Source of the DNA: the human T2T-CHM13v2.0 reference genome, Homo sapiens
Assembly (NCBI RefSeq): GCF_009914755.1
Contig: NC_060935.1
Strand: one strand, 5' to 3'
DNA length: 64,000 nucleotides
Shown here: in pieces, positions 62,731 through 64,000 of the stretch
How the letters are laid out: every line of letters begins with the position of its first letter
Position numbering within the stretch: the stretch's first letter is position 1
Made by a program: the position numbers and the translations under genes
Notes under the pieces: generated by a model
What the model was told of the DNA's origin: nothing
The model's database searches: none
What the model saw: only the letters and a program-made list of their open reading frames with translations

Positions 62731-63369
62731 TAGGTGAGGAAAATGGAGCACATGGAGGCTAAGTAACTTGCCTGAGGTCGCAGAGCAAAATAGTGGCGGA
62801 ATCTAGATTGGAGCCCAGGTAGTCTGGCCCTGTCATATCCTATGTGGGCTGTGACATGCGGAACAGGGCTGTCAGCCCACAGGGTTCAGGAGGGGATGGA
62901 ATACTAAAGGTTGACAATTCATCAGATTTGGGTAAGAAACTGGATTTCTCTTCTCAGGTTGTTTCTGAGATGCCTGGGACTAAATTATAGAAACCATTTG
63001 GTAGGATGGGAATAGAAACTTACAGAATTCTCAGAGTTCTTAGCCTGGCCTGGTTGGCAGTGGTGAGAAGTGTGTTTGGGGTTTGCTCAGAGCTCATGGG
63101 TAGTAGTTGCCCTTTTTGCTTTGTTAAGAATCTTTCCAGAAGCAGCTCCCTGCTAAAAATTCTGTCTCAGATGCTCATATTTTCAAAATTTCCCTATTCT
63201 GCCTGGACTTAGCAATATTTTGGGATTTTCCCCCGAATCCTGTGATAGTTGGCTAACTGATCAAAATCTTGGATCCTTTGACTCTTTTTGGCCCACGTTG
63301 GTGATGCTGAGGTGGTGGTGGGGATGATGATGGTGGTGGCGATGTTGAAAGGGTGGAGAAGAATGTGAT

Positions 63370-63580
63370 GACAGTTATTTCTACCTTTCACTAAATATCT
63401 GCACTTCAATTCCTGACCTCACTTTATCCTCACAACAGCTGTGTGGGGGAAAGAATGCCCAGTTCACAGACGAGAATACTGAGGCTCAAAGGGTTTGTGT
63501 AAAGGCAGTAAGAAGTAGAGTAAGAATTCAAACTCAGATCTACGCAACTTCAGAGCCTGGGAGCTCACCACCATGCCATT
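63370..63580 (-). mobile_element. MIR
   Basis: cctcacaacagc...actgaggctca...agaattcaaactcag. Confidence 0.65.
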
Positions 63581-63599
63581 ATAAAATTGTGTTCCTGAG

Positions 63600-63850
63600 A
63601 TGATGGTGAAGGTTGCATATCCCCAGCAAACTGCTAGAACATGTTATTCACCAGAGAGCTGTGAGCACATAAGAAGGAAGTGGTGATCACCCGGTGCCAG
63701 TGCTGGTGTGCTACAAACATCATAGACCAGCTTGTCTGGTTTCCCCTTTTGATGAGGTTCCTTAGCTGGTGGACCAGGAGCACAGCTGGAGTTGTGATTT
63801 CAACATGCTTTACATAGACACAGCTTTATGTATTATACATATGATTAAAA
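63600..63850 (+). mobile_element. L3/CR1 reverse-transcriptase fragment
   Basis: Degenerate match to the CR1 RT segment (ccccagcaaactgctagaaca ... tttgatgaggtt...ctggtggaccagg...gatttcaaca). Confidence 0.55.
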
Positions 63851-64000
63851 ATTATGGCGGAAGTTTTAAAATGAAAACCAATTCACCCACCTCTGCCAAC
63901 AAATCACTTTTCACGCCTCTTTCCCCTCCTTGCTGTCTATGGTTCAATGTGTCTAGTTGGTTGTTGTGCACACACCACTTGTATCCTGGACAAGGTGTTT

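Overview
Human genomic DNA, recognised from exon translations as the APLP2-ST14 locus (chr11q24). The + strand carries APLP2 exons 2-18 (7098-41117). All have GT-AG boundaries, and together they give 2187 nt = 728 aa + stop, matching the 763-aa isoform once exon 1 (outside the window) is added. They include the KPI cassette exon (21281-21448) and the 36-nt cassette exon (34925-34960), followed by a 3'UTR with two AATAAA signals. After a ~15 kb Alu-dense intergenic gap come the CpG-island promoter, exon 1 (ATG 57649) and the start of intron 1 of ST14 (matriptase). The rest is interspersed repeats (about 34 Alus/monomers, a 5'-truncated L1PA with TSDs, old L1M/L2/L3/MIR/LTR/hAT/MADE1 fragments) and a tailless U4 snRNA retrocopy. 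Almost all ORF-track entries are repeat-derived or compositional artefacts. I found no unambiguous new gene system. The best candidates for a second look are: (1) an ancient non-Alu inverted duplication upstream of ST14 with a perfect GRHL palindrome in its spacer; (2) a strong-Kozak uORF in frame with matriptase; (3) a frame- and topology-compatible APLP2-ST14 read-through joining a Kunitz inhibitor to a serine protease; (4) the microhomology-primed U4 retrocopy; (5) several local templated duplications and splicing-regulatory motif clusters. Repeat subfamilies and boundaries were judged by eye and are approximate.
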